Part shown: positions 1-12,247 of the stretch, piece after piece
Layout: the number at the start of each line of letters is the position of its first letter
Numbering within the stretch: position 1 is the first letter of the stretch
Origin: Paraspadella gotoi
Lineage: Eukaryota > Animalia > Chaetognatha
Direction: 5' to 3'
DNA: 64,000 bases
Assembly: GCA_051294375.1 (NCBI GenBank)
Contig: CM119264.1
Coordinates: 8,988,764-9,052,763 of the forward strand
Made by a program: the position numbers and the translations under genes
The notes under the pieces: generated by a model
What the model saw: only the letters and a program-made list of their open reading frames with translations
Told to the model about the DNA's origin: nothing
The model's database searches: none

Positions 1-1101
1 AGACTGTGAGCGAACGAGCGAGCGTTGAGCGAGGCAGACCGGAGACAGAGAGTTAGTAATAAATAAACTTCATCCAAAGGAGAAATACCTCAACATTCTA
101 CTCCCTTTTGGCAGCTTTTTTAAAATCAGTAAATAAATATCTCTTTGTTTTTCTTCAAACGAAAATAGAATAAATTTTCAATTCATCTCCTTCCTTTCTT
201 TCGCAGTACTTTATTTTCCGATGTCATAAATTCAAATTTCCAAATTTGTTTTCCCTACTTCTCCATCATCTCTCTTTCTCTATCTCTCTTTTTCTTTATT
301 CTCTACCTCCCCAACCCTTTCCCTCTCTCGCTGCTTCAATTTTCGTGTTTTTTCAATTCGATTTTCTTTTAGCCTTTTATTCATTCGTGGTTGTCACCGC
401 GGCGGTGGTTTTTTCCTATCTCCTCTTCCGCCTCCGCCTCCTCCTCTTCCTTTTCCCCCTCCTCCTCGTGCACCATGAAAAACGCCCCCCCTCTACCGCA
501 TCGGGGATTGCCATTGTTCTTTTTTTTTAGTCTTTTAACCGATTCCATTGTTGCGCCCTCGTGCGTGAAGATTCCTCATGAGGTTGTGGCCTTTCGCGTT
601 TCTATGTTTTTTTTTCTTTCGTGAGATATTTTCTTTCGTCAAAATCCAATTTAGGAAAGAAAAAAAAAACCTTGAAAAGCGTTTTTTTTCTCTTTGTATT
701 CTTTAGTAGTAAATATGTTAAGAGTCACTGATCTTTTCAAGAATAGACAGAGAAAAGCAAGAAACTTCATTAATTTAAAAAAAAAAACGACTGAAGCTTT
801 GAAACGAATTGAAGTGAAACAATAAAAACACGATTGAAATGAATAAGATTCAAATGACAAGTAGAAAGAAAAGAGTTTGACCGATTTTTTTCGACTTTCA
901 TGACTTTCAAAAGAATTTTCCTGATTTAATGATACAATTAGTAATCAAATGGATTTAAAGACCTGACACATTAAGTAATAAGAAAACGAAGGAGAAGCAT
1001 ATCAATAAACCTTATCGTGAAGATTTAAATTTGAGCCTTTCAATCGATCGTGACCTTACCCACTCAACTCGTCGCTCAAAAAAAATAGATAAGAAACTCA
1101 C

Positions 1102-1267
1102 CCGTCAAGACGCCGTTCTTTCTCTCCGGCGGATTCCACGTGACTCGGAACCGCGAGTGGGTAATTTCGCGGAAGGACGCCACCTCCGGTCGCCCGGGGA
1201 GACTCTCGCCCGTGAAGCAGGTCGCCGATGCCCAGGGGCCGTTGCCGAGACCGTTGCGGGCGGCCAC
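1102..1267 (-). CDS. Exon of Ig/FN3 cell-surface receptor (PTP99A-like receptor PTP or Sidekick-like); FN3-2/FN3-3
   Basis: Translates VAARNGLGNGPWASATCFTGESLPGRPEVASFREITHSRFRVTWNPPERKNGVLTG, with the FN3 motif W.PP...NG. AG acceptor, GTGAG donor, phase 0 to 1. The gene continues beyond the left edge. Confidence 0.85.
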
Positions 1268-1371
1268 CTTGGGATTGATTGATCGATTCAATTATTTCTT
1301 TATAGAGGCCCAACAATTGACTATCCTTTCTTTCCCCCTTCCGAACACTTCGCTTGTCCTAATTGGCTCAC

Positions 1372-1499
1372 CTGGACCAAATAGTTGGTGTAAACCTCCA
1401 AGTCGTGGATGAGATGCTCCTTCGCCTCCACGTTGTTGATGGGCGTCTCGCGAAGGGGGCCTTTAATGGTCTGGAGGGCCTTGTAGCGTACAACGAAGC
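1372..1499 (-). CDS. Exon of Ig/FN3 receptor; FN3-2
   Basis: (G)FVVRYKALQTIKGPLRETPINNVEAKEHLIHDLEVYTNYLVQ, with the FN3 L..YT.Y motif. CAG acceptor, GTGAG donor, phase 1 to 0, in frame with both neighbours. Confidence 0.85.
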
Positions 1500-1802
1500 C
1501 TGGACCGTGTGGAGAAAAAATGGAGGAAGGTATATTGATCGAAAAGAAAAGGTAAAGTCACCAATGAAATAGAAGGGAGAAAGAAATAATAATAATTTGT
1601 TTTTAATTTCATGACTTTATCATTTTTGATTAAGTGTTTGTGGAATTGGTTATAAAAATAAATCGTTCGACGGTATGTATGTATGTACGCTTCAAAAAAC
1701 GAAACATCCAAAAACCTAAAACTCAATATGATGTTGTGAAATCTTTAAATCGACCTCAATTTATTCCTTTTTCTCACGATCCTTTTTTTAAAAACGACTT
1801 AC

Positions 1803-1995
1803 CCTTGAGCTCTCCGTTGATGCTGTTCAAGGGGGGCGGGTCCCACTTGACGAGGATCTTGGTGGCGCTCGTGTTGGTCGCCCTCATGTGGAGAGGCGGC
1901 GAGGACGGAAGCTCCTCGAGAGTCTTGACGACGGCCGAACCCGTGGAGGGTCGGGATTCGCCGACGTCGTTGACGGCGATCACGCGGAATTGGTA
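1803..1995 (-). CDS. Exon of Ig/FN3 receptor; FN3-1 end and FN3-2 start
   Basis: YQFRVIAVNDVGESRPSTGSAVVKTLEELPSSPPLHMRATNTSATKILVKWDPPPLNSINGELK(G): canonical FN3 motifs. CAG acceptor after a pyrimidine tract, GTAAG donor. Confidence 0.9.
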
Positions 1996-2790
1996 CTGGG
2001 GGAGGGAGGGAGAGGGCGGAGGGAGTCGAGTCGAGGAAGTGGATTAAGGACGAGCGAGAAGGAAGAGAAGAGAGGGGAAAAGATAATATACATTGTGACA
2101 ATTTGAAGCTTGACGACAATCCAAAAAAATTAGGCCATTTGTGGGCGGGGTTAAAATGTTACCCCGGTCACATCGAAAGAATGGTGAAGCAAGGTTAAGC
2201 AAGGAAAATCAGATTAAAAGAATGAAAACCATGGATAGAAACGGATAATAATGACGAGACATGAAAGTACTTGGTATGAGTGAACTATCGACAAGGCTTG
2301 AGAACCGGTTGGAAAAGTAAGATAAGTAAAAGTTTATAAATAAAAGCCAAAAGCTATGAATGAATATAAAATGGGGGGGGGGAAGAAAGAAACCGTCGGC
2401 GATGCCAGTAAGGAAAAAAGGAAAAAGGAACAGAATGAAAGGCGTCGCGACAAATGAAAAGAAAGAAAGATGGTAGCTGATCGGAAGCCCTAGAAAGTTA
2501 GGCCGAGATAGCAAAGAAAAACTGTCATTTCTGATGAAAAAATAAGTCAACGGAAAAAAGAAAAATCGATAAAAGAAAACAAAAGGGAAAAAGAGAGGGA
2601 GAAAAAAAAACGGGCTAAGTACATGTATGGAGTTTGATGAATGAAAACGAAGGCGAAAAAATGAGGAGGACGAATGAAAAATGAGGGAAGGCAGGCGGCG
2701 AATTTGGGTCAGAAAAAGAAAGAAAGTCGAACGATCGAAAAAAGAAAGGAAGGTGATGAAAGAGATGAAAGGAGGAAGCGAGGAAGCGAC

Positions 2791-2880
2791 GAAGTAAGAA
2801 AGTCAGGAAGTCATTAAGTAAGAAGTCAGGAAGTTATTAAGTAGACAGTCGGAAGGTTATTAAGTAAGAAGTCGGGAAAA
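2791..2880. repeat. Short tandem repeat, ~23 bp unit x ~4
   Basis: AAGTAAGAAGTCAGGAAGTTATT-like units, intronic. Confidence 0.75.
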
Positions 2881-3110
2881 GCCATGAGATTAATCGATCG
2901 TTGAGGGAAGATGGAAAAATCTACTTAGACACAATCTCTTTCTAGGAATCGAAGTAGAAGTTTAGAAGACTCAGTCACAGCTACCGATCCAAGTCAAGAT
3001 ACAATGCGCGACGATGTAGACAAACAAATCGGGATATCATTCATACCAACGAGAGTCAACTAATTTGAAAGATTTCCTGTAGTGACGCGAGTGATTAAAT
3101 CTCAAATTAC

Positions 3111-3203
3111 CTGTCTATAGGGTTGTAGTCCCCGGATGAGGGCCAGATTGGACCTCGCCGTGAAATTCATAGATTTTCCCCAATCCTCTTCGATGTGGCG
3201 GAC
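3111..3203 (-). CDS. Exon of Ig/FN3 receptor; FN3-1
   Basis: VRHIEEDWGKSMNFTARSNLALIRGLQPYRQ joins the next exon to give GLQPYRQ|YQFRV. 93 bp, TAG acceptor, GTAAT donor. Confidence 0.85.
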
Positions 3204-3399
3204 CTACGAGAAAGATAAATTTGATTTGCTGCAACGATCGAAATGTTCATCGTTCAAAACAACCCGCATTAGACTAGATAGTTATTCGCTGCAAGAAAAG
3301 ACTATTCATTGAAAAGAAATGTCATGCGGAAATGATTGAAATAACTAAACTCCTATTCACGATAACCTTGGAAAACCCGGATGTAATTACTAGACGAAC

Positions 3400-3492
3400 C
3401 TGAACTACATAGTAGTCGACTTGGCCGGCGTGATGCTCCTCGACCGAAGGCCATGACAAATTGACCGACCGACTACCCGGTTCGTCCAGGAC
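3400..3492 (-). CDS. Exon of Ig/FN3 receptor; FN3-1 start
   Basis: VLDEPGSRSVNLSWPSVEEHHAGQVDYYVVQ (S.SV.LSW...Y.VQ). 93 bp, TAG acceptor, GT donor. Confidence 0.85.
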
Positions 3493-3505
3493 CTAAGAAA
3501 ATAAG

Positions 3506-3512
3506 AAGAGAG

Positions 3513-3590
<78 letters not shown>
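3506..3590. repeat. (GA)n microsatellite
   Basis: Read directly. One of dozens of (GA)n/(CT)n tracts (e.g. 4715-4795, 4930-5020, 7590-7637, 16873-16935, 36378-36442, 60218-60308). Confidence 0.95.
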
Positions 3591-3593
<3 letters not shown>

Positions 3594-3757
3594 AAACGAG
3601 TCAGGGGGTCAAAAACGTCGAAGGATCACGGGGTCATTCGGTCAAGAGGTAAACAGAACGACTCGGTTGATGGGCGAGGGCGTCCCTCGCTTAGATGAAT
3701 CGCAGCTTCCAAAACAAAAAAAATGCGAAACTGTGAACTATGACAACTTTGACTCAC

Positions 3758-3862
3758 CTTCGGGATGTGAGGCTTCGGAGGTTTGTCCTTGACGACGACG
3801 CGGACGACGCTCTCGGACCGGTGATCCCCAAGACGTTTGATGCACCGATATTTACCGGAATC
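3758..3862 (-). CDS. Exon of Ig/FN3 receptor; Ig domain C-terminus
   Basis: DSGKYRCIKRLGDHRSESVVRVVVKDKPPKPHIPK, with the Ig D.G.Y.C motif. 105 bp, TAG acceptor, GTGAG donor. Confidence 0.88.
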
Positions 3863-4131
3863 CTAGCGATGGGAGGAGGCAGAGAGAATAAAGTAATGAA
3901 ATTGGAACAACCAATATAAAATTAGTATGATAATTAGTATAATTAGTATACAAATATTACCAACTCGCTCGTGTGTCTTGCTTTTTTTACTTATCTCCTT
4001 ATCCTACGATCTCTTTCGCTGAAATTGTCGGCAGACTGTCACTTTCTTAAACTTTCCGTCTAACCTCGAGTCAGGCCTTTTCTCATCTTTCAAGCCAAGT
4101 CGTTTAAATCAGTCCGTGTGTCCGTTCTCAC

Positions 4132-4271
4132 CTTTAGCCTCGCGACTCCGACGACGAGGCTAAACCCGTTGACGGTTCGGTACTTTCCCGTCGTGTGGAT
4201 CGTGGAATTCCAAGACTCGGCCAAGAGTCGGACGTTGTGAACCCAAGAGAGGGAGACGATTCCGCTGGGCG
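4132..4271 (-). CDS. Exon of Ig/FN3 receptor; Ig domain middle
   Basis: (A)PSGIVSLSWVHNVRLLAESWNSTIHTTGKYRTVNGFSLVVGVARLK: conserved Ig Trp strand and SL.V strand. CAG acceptor, GTGAG donor, phase 1 to 0. Confidence 0.8.
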
Positions 4272-4745
4272 CTGTGGGGGGAGGAGTTGGGGTGAGCGAG
4301 TGGGGTGCGGGAGCTGGTGGGTTAGTTTTTGCCAAAATCTGCGAGAATTTAAAAAACAAATGTTGCGCTGATGAAGGCTAACACAATAGCCGAAACATGC
4401 CCGTTTTTTCAATAAAATAAATTCGTTGTCTGAAAACAAAAGAAAATTTTTTTCTCTTTTAAAATTTGTTAAAATTTTTTTCGGCAAAAAACAGAGGAAG
4501 AAAAGAAAGAAATGAGCAACTTGCACCCCGCCCAGCCGCTTCCATTTAAAACTTCACTCAGGCTCACGTTCTACTCTCTATTTTCTTATTCATTATTCGT
4601 GGGTGACTCCAGCCTTGACATAACCTTTTTCTCCCAGTCCAACTTAGTACAAACACAAACTCACAACCGATCTCTCCTTTCGCCTCACACTCTCTTTCCC
4701 TCTTGACGCCTCACTCTCTGTCTCTCTCTCTTCTCTCTCTTCTCT

Positions 4746-4797
<52 letters not shown>

Positions 4798-4926
4798 AAA
4801 AAAAAAGAAATTCTTTTTCTTCTTTCATCGATTTCCCACTTTTGAGGCAAAAACGATCTGCTTCTGGTTTTCGTTCTTTCACTCTACTCTCTGTTCTCTC
4901 TCTCTTATCTCTTTTTCTCTTCTTTT

Positions 4927-5019
<93 letters not shown>

Positions 5020-6093
5020 CCTGTTTCTTCTTGACAAGGGAGAGGCCTTTTTTTTTCTCTTTTCTTTTTGCGTTGAAAAGAAGACGCGGATTTTCTGGGT
5101 GGGATTTTTTTTCTCCGCGAAAGAAGAGAATCTTTTGACTTTGACTTCATCGAAGATCGAAAGAGAAAGAAAAAAAACAGAAAATGGAAATTAGATCGTC
5201 GAAAATAGAAAGAAAAAACAGAAAATTGAAATTAGACTATCGAGAAGAAAAAACAGAGAGAGGGGGGAGTTAAACAAGACAAGCATCTAAATTGAGGTCA
5301 AAGTTTGCAAGAAGGGAAAAAATAAACAGAAAAAAAAATTGAGATAGTAAATAAAAAATAATTGAAAAAATATTTTTAAAAAGTAACATATTTTACGATT
5401 AAAGTTATATAAACCCTGGAACGTCTCAACCTTTTTTTTTTTTTTTTTAAATTTCACATCAGTCCTTTGAGCTAAGCAAAATCGACCGCTTCAAAGGTAG
5501 AGTAAGCTGCTGCTTCTGAACACTAAAATAAACGACCAACTTTAAACTTTAAAACGCATAAAATACACGAAAAAAACTTTTAAAATATCGTTGTCAAAAA
5601 TATCGTCGCCGTCCATAAAATCCATAAAAATCTTCCCAGTTCACCGTCGCTGATGAAGCAGTTTTTCTTTCGAAAGAAAATGAGAAACTCATGAGAAAAA
5701 TAGGAAAATAAAAAAAAAAAGAAGAAGAAGGAAAATAAAAAAAGAAGAAAGGGCCCTTGTTCGATGAGGCCGGAAAGTTTATCTTGGGTTTTCGTAGGCT
5801 AAGGGTTTATCTCTTATCTTTCATCTTTTGCGCCGGTTGAAGGAGGGAGAGAGAGGCAAGAGAGGATGAAAAATCGAGGAGAAGAGAAGTAGAGATAAGA
5901 AATGAAGGCGGTAGATAAGAGAAGAAAGACGGGTATTATATCACCTATAAGCGCTTTTTTCCTAGGTTAAAATCTTTCTTCTCTTTTCTTTTCTTCTCTA
6001 TCCTTCTATTCTCTTCTCGTCTCTTTTCCTTTCTCCTCTCCTCTTCTTGTCTCTTATCCTTTCTTCTCTTCTCTTGTCTTCTCTTTGCCTTAC

Positions 6094-6165
6094 CTTTGTT
6101 GGGGTCCTGTCCGCCCGACGGCTTCAACTCGTGAAAAGCGTGACAGGGAATCGTGAGCCGATCGC
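6094..6165 (-). CDS. Exon of Ig/FN3 receptor; Ig domain start
   Basis: (G)DRLTIPCHAFHELKPSGGQDPNK carries the first Ig Cys (G..LTIPC). 72 bp, TTCAG acceptor, GTAAG donor, phase 1 to 1. Confidence 0.8.
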
Positions 6166-6576
6166 CTGAATCAAAAACAGAGAGAAAGAAACTGTGAAAA
6201 ATTGAAAGAATGAAAGAACGCAAGGACTAAAAGTAAAACTGAAACTTCCTACTCTCAGTACTTCCCCTATGTGTATTGAGATGTGAGAACGAATGATTGA
6301 AAGCATCTATGAAAATTGAATATATAAACTGTCCAAAGTAAGGCGCAAGATAGCCTATATGTACATTAAATTTAAAATTTCACAACAGTCCCAGAAAATT
6401 GAAGTCGCTCAGTTAATAATGAAGAAGGAATTAATGAATCTATGAGCGGATGGGTAAAAGAAGGAATTGACGGTTGGGGAGAAATAACGACAGTAGTTCA
6501 GGCAGAAAATGATTCGATGAATTAATTCATGAATTAAAAAAGGGTATGATGGTTTCATGAATAAGTAAAAAGAACG

Positions 6577-6617
<41 letters not shown>

Positions 6618-6682
6618 CTTCTGCCACCGGCAAGGTCTTCGATCAGAAATTATCTTCGAGAGAATAAGAAAGAAATCTTGAA

Positions 6683-6689
6683 AGAAGGA

Positions 6690-6763
<74 letters not shown>
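6683..6763. repeat. (GAAA)n microsatellite
   Basis: About 20 GAAA units. Confidence 0.95.
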
Positions 6764-6765
<2 letters not shown>

Positions 6766-7588
6766 GGAAAGAAAGAAAAGAAAAAAGTAATACAGAAATG
6801 AAAATAGAAATAAAAATAGAAAAAAAATAAAAAATAAAGAAAAATTTTAAAAAAGACAAAATTTTCCCTTTTTAAATTTTTTCCCTTTTTTTTTCTGACC
6901 GAATACGAAAATTTCTGAATCGGCACAGAAAAACTGCAGTCACAAGGAAATAAAAAAAAGGGCAGCACGGCGACACCTGCATCACCGACCGGGCTCCGCA
7001 GCTGCAGCCGCAGCGTTATGCAACAATTTGATTTTACGGTCTCCAGCGTCGCCTGCCTTAAATTTGTGCTACCCGACTTTCTGGGCGGAGAAACTAGTAA
7101 AAGACGAGGTTTGCCAGTCGCTGGTCCTTTTTAAAATTCGGGTGCAAGATTCCAGGTGCAAGAATCGGTTGCGGTGGGACAGATGCAAAAGTAAATGAGC
7201 AGTGGTTTCTCGGGAAAGGTCCAACGTCCAACATAGTAGGAAGAAAGAGGGAGGGAAGAAAAAGGTAAAAAAAATATATATATATAAAAGAGAAAAAATA
7301 ATGGGGGAACAGGGAGAGAAAAGCCTAACGATAGAAGAGAAGAAGGGAAGTAGTAAGAGACAAAGAAAACGTGAAAAATAAAAGGAGAAAGAATATGAGA
7401 GAGTGATAAGCAGGACAGAGAGAGAGACGACAAAGGGGAAGAGAAGGAGGCGGAAGTGAGGAAGGAAATCGGCGGCGGTCCCGTGCGCAGTCATCTGGGA
7501 TACATTTGAGTCTAGGAGAAGAGAACCGTCTGATGAGAGCGAGACGATGATGGATAGAGGTGGAGGGAGAGAGAGAAGAGAAGAGAGA

Positions 7589-7640
<52 letters not shown>

Positions 7641-8694
7641 GGGTGTACCTTATCGACCGACCAGAGACTAAAGCTTTTCGATTTTTCTGTTTGAAGGGGA
7701 AGCGTGGATTGGGCAGAGGGGTAAACGAATGTCAGGGAATGAAAGAGGGGAAGGGAGTAAAAGAGGAAAGGGAAGGAGGGGAGTGAATGATGTGATGCGG
7801 TTTTGTGGGCGGAAGGTTGATGCGGTCAAAATCCAGCCAGCGAGTTAAGTGGTTCATCCGGTACGAGTCCTGTACGAGTCCCTCGGTCAGATTCTTACCA
7901 ATTCGATCCGATTTTATCCGATTTAAACAAAAACATTCTCATTTCGTTTTCATGAAAAGTTGGTTAAGTTAAGTAAGTTCGTTACATTGATCAAATTACA
8001 ATGCTGGTGTTTTACGTAATTGACTTTCAAAGTTTTAAGTCAGATCAAATAAGTTTTGTCGTCGAAAGCAAAATTTAGTAGCGTCGTTATCAACAAAAGT
8101 CGATGACTCGACCTTCTGAACTCTCCAGTCTCCAGTTCGTTACTTTGACGCAAAGACGTGACGCAGTGACAACGCTCACATTGGTCACGAAAAGATGTGA
8201 CGCGAATAAGTGACGCAGCGACTTGAGCCGAGTGACGTAATCCGACGATTTACGAGTCAGTCAGCCTCGCCGGGCGAAGCTTAAAATCGCTCCGGATATA
8301 TTTCGCGGTTTCAACCTCGGATTAGGGGAAAAGAGGGGATGGATTGACGGATGGATGGGGACAGGCGAGGCGTAGGGTTGATGGATGGACGTATGGATCA
8401 AATGCCTTTTTTTTAGACGGTTTTATGGATAGACGAAAATATTGGTTTGTTGATGAATTGAGGGGGCTTTGTTTAGGAATGAATGAATGAACGAATGAGT
8501 GAATCAATCAATTGCACACGGCGCTCTCTAAAAGAGAAACGATCAGGAACCGGCGGATATGGCCTGATTCTCGTGGAACAGAGACCAATTGAGATGTGAG
8601 GCAGAAGCCAAGAAATTGAACTGAGGCCCGGAGTGAGCAGTCGGGGGTTTTAAGTGGGAAAGGGTGAAGACTTGGGAATTTGGAGGGGGACATG

Positions 8695-9065
8695 GGTGGA
8701 GGACAAACTCGGGTGGAAAGAAAACTAGGGTTTAGGGGAAACTAAGGTGAAGGGAAGACTAGTGTTTAGGGGAACTAGGTTGCAGGGGAAACTATGGTTT
8801 AGGGGAAATAGGGTGGAAGGGAAACTAGGGTTTAGGGGAAACTAGGGTGAAAGGGAAACAAGGGTGGAAGGGAAACTAGGTTTTAGAGGAAACTAGGGTG
8901 AAGGAGAAACTCGGGTGAAGGGGAAACTAGGGTTTAGGGGAAACTAGGTTGGAGGGAAAACTATGATGGAGGGGAAACTAGGGTGAAGGGTAAACTAGGG
9001 TGGAGGGGAACTAGGTTGGAGGGGAAACTAGGGCGAAGGGGAAGCTATGGTGGAGGGGAAAGACT
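8695..9065 (+). repeat. G-rich minisatellite, 18-19 bp unit x ~19
   Basis: Units of GGGGAAACTAGGGTGGAA or GGGGAAACTAGGGTTTA with scattered variants. Confidence 0.9.
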
Positions 9066-10648
9066 AAGAAACCCGTCGGGAGGAAGAGAAATGTGGAGAA
9101 GGACGAGAAACTAATGACGGAAGCAGAACCAGAGTTGACCGACCGGAATGACCCCTAGAGAAATGAGGAAAAGAGGGAGGCCCAGGCAAGGCCAAAAAAG
9201 GCGCAAGACTTGACTGATGGCCGACTGCTCTCAAAGAGAGGGAAATTCCGTTTGTAGAGTAAGAATAGTATGGTTTGTACAAATTCGATGCTTTATGCCC
9301 AGTACTGAAATAGTACAGACAGTGCAGAAATAGACTTTTACAGTTTAATATATTAAAATTAGGAGGCAGGTTGATACATAGGTTATAATTGCATTTTTCC
9401 AAGAAAGTTCAACCTGTCGATGCTCAACTCTGCTTCGAGGGTCATACCCAGAAAGATCTTCTTTCATTTCGCGCTCAGCTTGACGCCGACCGCGCATGCA
9501 CGAACAGAAGAAATATATTGCTCGACGCTAACGTGTGGCAAGGCGGAGTAAAGGGATATTCTTCAGCGAATTTTTTTCTTGTAAGTGGGTGCAGGTGTTA
9601 TTAACAACGATTCAAAAAATACATATTAAATACTGCGAAATGCTAGATGACATCCTTCTCAAACCCATGTCGAGTTGATTTCGAGGTCGAGGATAGTAAT
9701 TGTTAGAAAAGTTAATTGTAGTTTGGTGTGACTGCGAAAATGAAAAAAAAAATTTATTCCATCCCAAGAGTTAATTCTTAGAACTTAATAGATGCGACAA
9801 AATCGAAAATAAATATTATGCAATTAATTCTCGACTGCCTTCTTCTTAATGACCTTTTTTTTTTCTCTTTTATCTTTTTCCGTTTTTTTTTTTTTCATTC
9901 CCAATTATTTTTTTCCCCGCTCCCCATTCGTTCCATCTTTTTCTTCCCCTTTCCTCTTATATACCATCTCCCCTTACTCTCTCCTAGGCCGGGCCTCTAC
10001 GCAACTAATTATTTGATTAAGCAATTAACGACTGGGTTCATCTCTCCCGCCTTCCATCCGATTCCCTCGGGGATTTCCCTCGAAATCTCTCGGGACGCGA
10101 AAAGGATGAAGAGGAGGCGGATAATTGTAGTTTTTTGTTTTGTTTTTTTTTGTTTTGGTTGTTTTTTTGTTTTTTTTTAAAGTGGGACTCGAACCGAAAT
10201 TTTGTTGTTGTTGTCGTTCCAACCGGTTGGTATTGAAAATTGCATCGATGATTTCCACGAAGCTGCCCGCTAAGACTACAGAGTTTTTAGGTCAAAGCGT
10301 ATTCACGTACAAGCGTAATAATATTAGTAATCTTACGAAATTTTAAAGGGTCTAATCAAATTTCCAATCTTTTGATTAAAGTTCTAAATCCAAAATTATC
10401 AAAGAAAATATACAATGTTAAACAAAACCCCTAAAAGAAAAGCAACAATAACAACGACCGGCAAATAATTTAAAAATCTGACGATCAAACTTTTTTTTAT
10501 TTCATCCAAAGCGGAAACCGGAAAATCTGGGTGAAAGAAAAAAAGATGAAACGTTTCATCGCCTTCTGGCGAAAATTGTTCGCTTTTGCCAAAAGATATG
10601 AGCTTTTTTCTCATCTTATTTCTTTTGTTCATTGTTTGGGTAAGCCAA

Positions 10649-12222
10649 AAAGCCTGAATTATTAATGAGGCTATTAAAAAAAAAAATTAAAAATATGATA
10701 ACAAAAAAAAAGAGAAAAAGAAATTAATTTCTCACAAAAAATAACCTCAGCTAAAATATAGTTTAACGAATATATTAGTAGTGTGTGAATAAATACTCAT
10801 TACCTAATCTCTAAAAAATAGGAAATAAATAAATAAAGTGACCACTATTAAACTTTGCACCTGCTGTGACCGTGAGATGCGTGATGAGTGACGTCGGGTT
10901 GCAGGTGGCGAAAAGGGAAATTCCCACCAAAATTCCAAGCAGATTTCGATTTTGTTTTCCGGCGCCGACATCGACGCCGGTTCCGGTCGTCACTGCGTTT
11001 CCACGCCGCGTCGTCGTCGTCGTCATCGTCGTTTTCATCGTCGTTGTCGTTCGCTTTGCTTTCCTAATGACCTCTCGGCGCCGGACGGAAGACGCCGGGT
11101 TGACTCCGCCGGCGCCGTTTCGTTGAGGGGGGAGCCGATTTTTCTCGCCACACGAATTCGGTGAGTGATTCACGTTTTTCGCGAAATCGTCGTCGTCGTC
11201 GTCGTCGTCGTCGTTTTCGTCGTCATCATATTCCAAGTCGGCATCTCTCTTCCCTTTTTTTTCACGAAGAAAGATTCGTCTTTTTTGTTTCCATTTTTTT
11301 CACAGATATCCTGATATCCTACGTGTTGAATATTAGCTTTAATTTTTTAATATTTACGGAGTTAAAGTAGTGTTATTCGGAATTGCCGTTTAAAAAAGTA
11401 AAAGTAGAGAAGGGCGTCGAGGGTAAGACTAAAGAGAAAAGCGAAATTTCCTGGGAGAAGCGTTGCTCTTTTATTTGCGTTGTTTTTTTTAATTATTATT
11501 AATTTTTGGGCTTTTTTGTGGTCGTTGATTATATTGAAATATAATTTGTGGGATGATTTGAGTTTTTCTTGATGTTTTTTTTGTTTTTAATAAATAAATT
11601 TAGATTTTTTTTTCCGTCAGGTTATCATGATGGTGAGTAATTTTCGATGAGGATGTGAAACATATGGTGTTGGCTTCATGAAGTCACACAAAAAAACTGA
11701 AAAAAAATTATCAAAAGCGTAAAAAATTTTTTGGCAACGACAAATACATTTTTCACTGTTCTCTAGAATCGACCTCGTCTCGATAGAAATGGCATTGAAC
11801 TCGAACGAAGAATGTGGGAAAAGTAAAAAGTTTAAAAAAGGTTCCGATCTTCTCCCAACCAGTCTAAAAAAAAACATTCCTAACTCAAAACAAATAAAAA
11901 AAAAACAAGAAACAATTTAAACCAGCCGTTCCATACATAATTACTATACATATACTTTTAAAATACTTAAAAAAGTCAGAAATGTGATTATATAGAAACT
12001 GACAGCTGAAAACAAAGATACTAATAAAATAAAATGGGTTCCCTGGACTCCTACGAGGAGTCGTAGCCTCCTCCCTCACATTCGATTCCAGATGGAAACC
12101 AACGCCTCCCAATGGAACAGCAAATAGCGTTGAATTCTTGCAGATGGAAGAATCTCTTTTGGCCAACCAACGTCACATTGATTTCTCACGAGCGCGGATG
12201 AGGGAGAGAGTGAGAGTGGAGA
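10649..12222 (+). repeat. Block U, duplicated in inverted orientation at 31989-33553
   Basis: Matches the reverse complement over about 1.55 kb (e.g. GATTTCTCACGAGCGC vs GCGCTCGTGAGAAATC). Confidence 0.92.
10861..11038 (-). CDS. Candidate first (signal-peptide) exon of the Ig/FN3 receptor
   Basis: MKTTMTTTTTRRGNAVTTGTGVDVGAGKQNRNLLGILVGISLFATCNPTSLITHLTVTA has a hydrophobic stretch and ends in phase 1 at CAG|GTGCAA, compatible with the Ig exons. The donor is weak and there is no homology support. Confidence 0.25.
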
Positions 12223-12247
12223 NNNNNNNNNNNNNNNNNNNNNNNNN

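Noticed and set aside
4644-5194. ORFs with (SL)n or (RE)n runs, here and throughout the window
   Set aside because: These are translations of (CT)n/(GA)n microsatellites with no coding signal.
8695-9065. Possible CRISPR array or true telomere
   Set aside because: There are no unique spacers, the context is eukaryotic, and the unit is 18-19 bp rather than pure TTAGGG.
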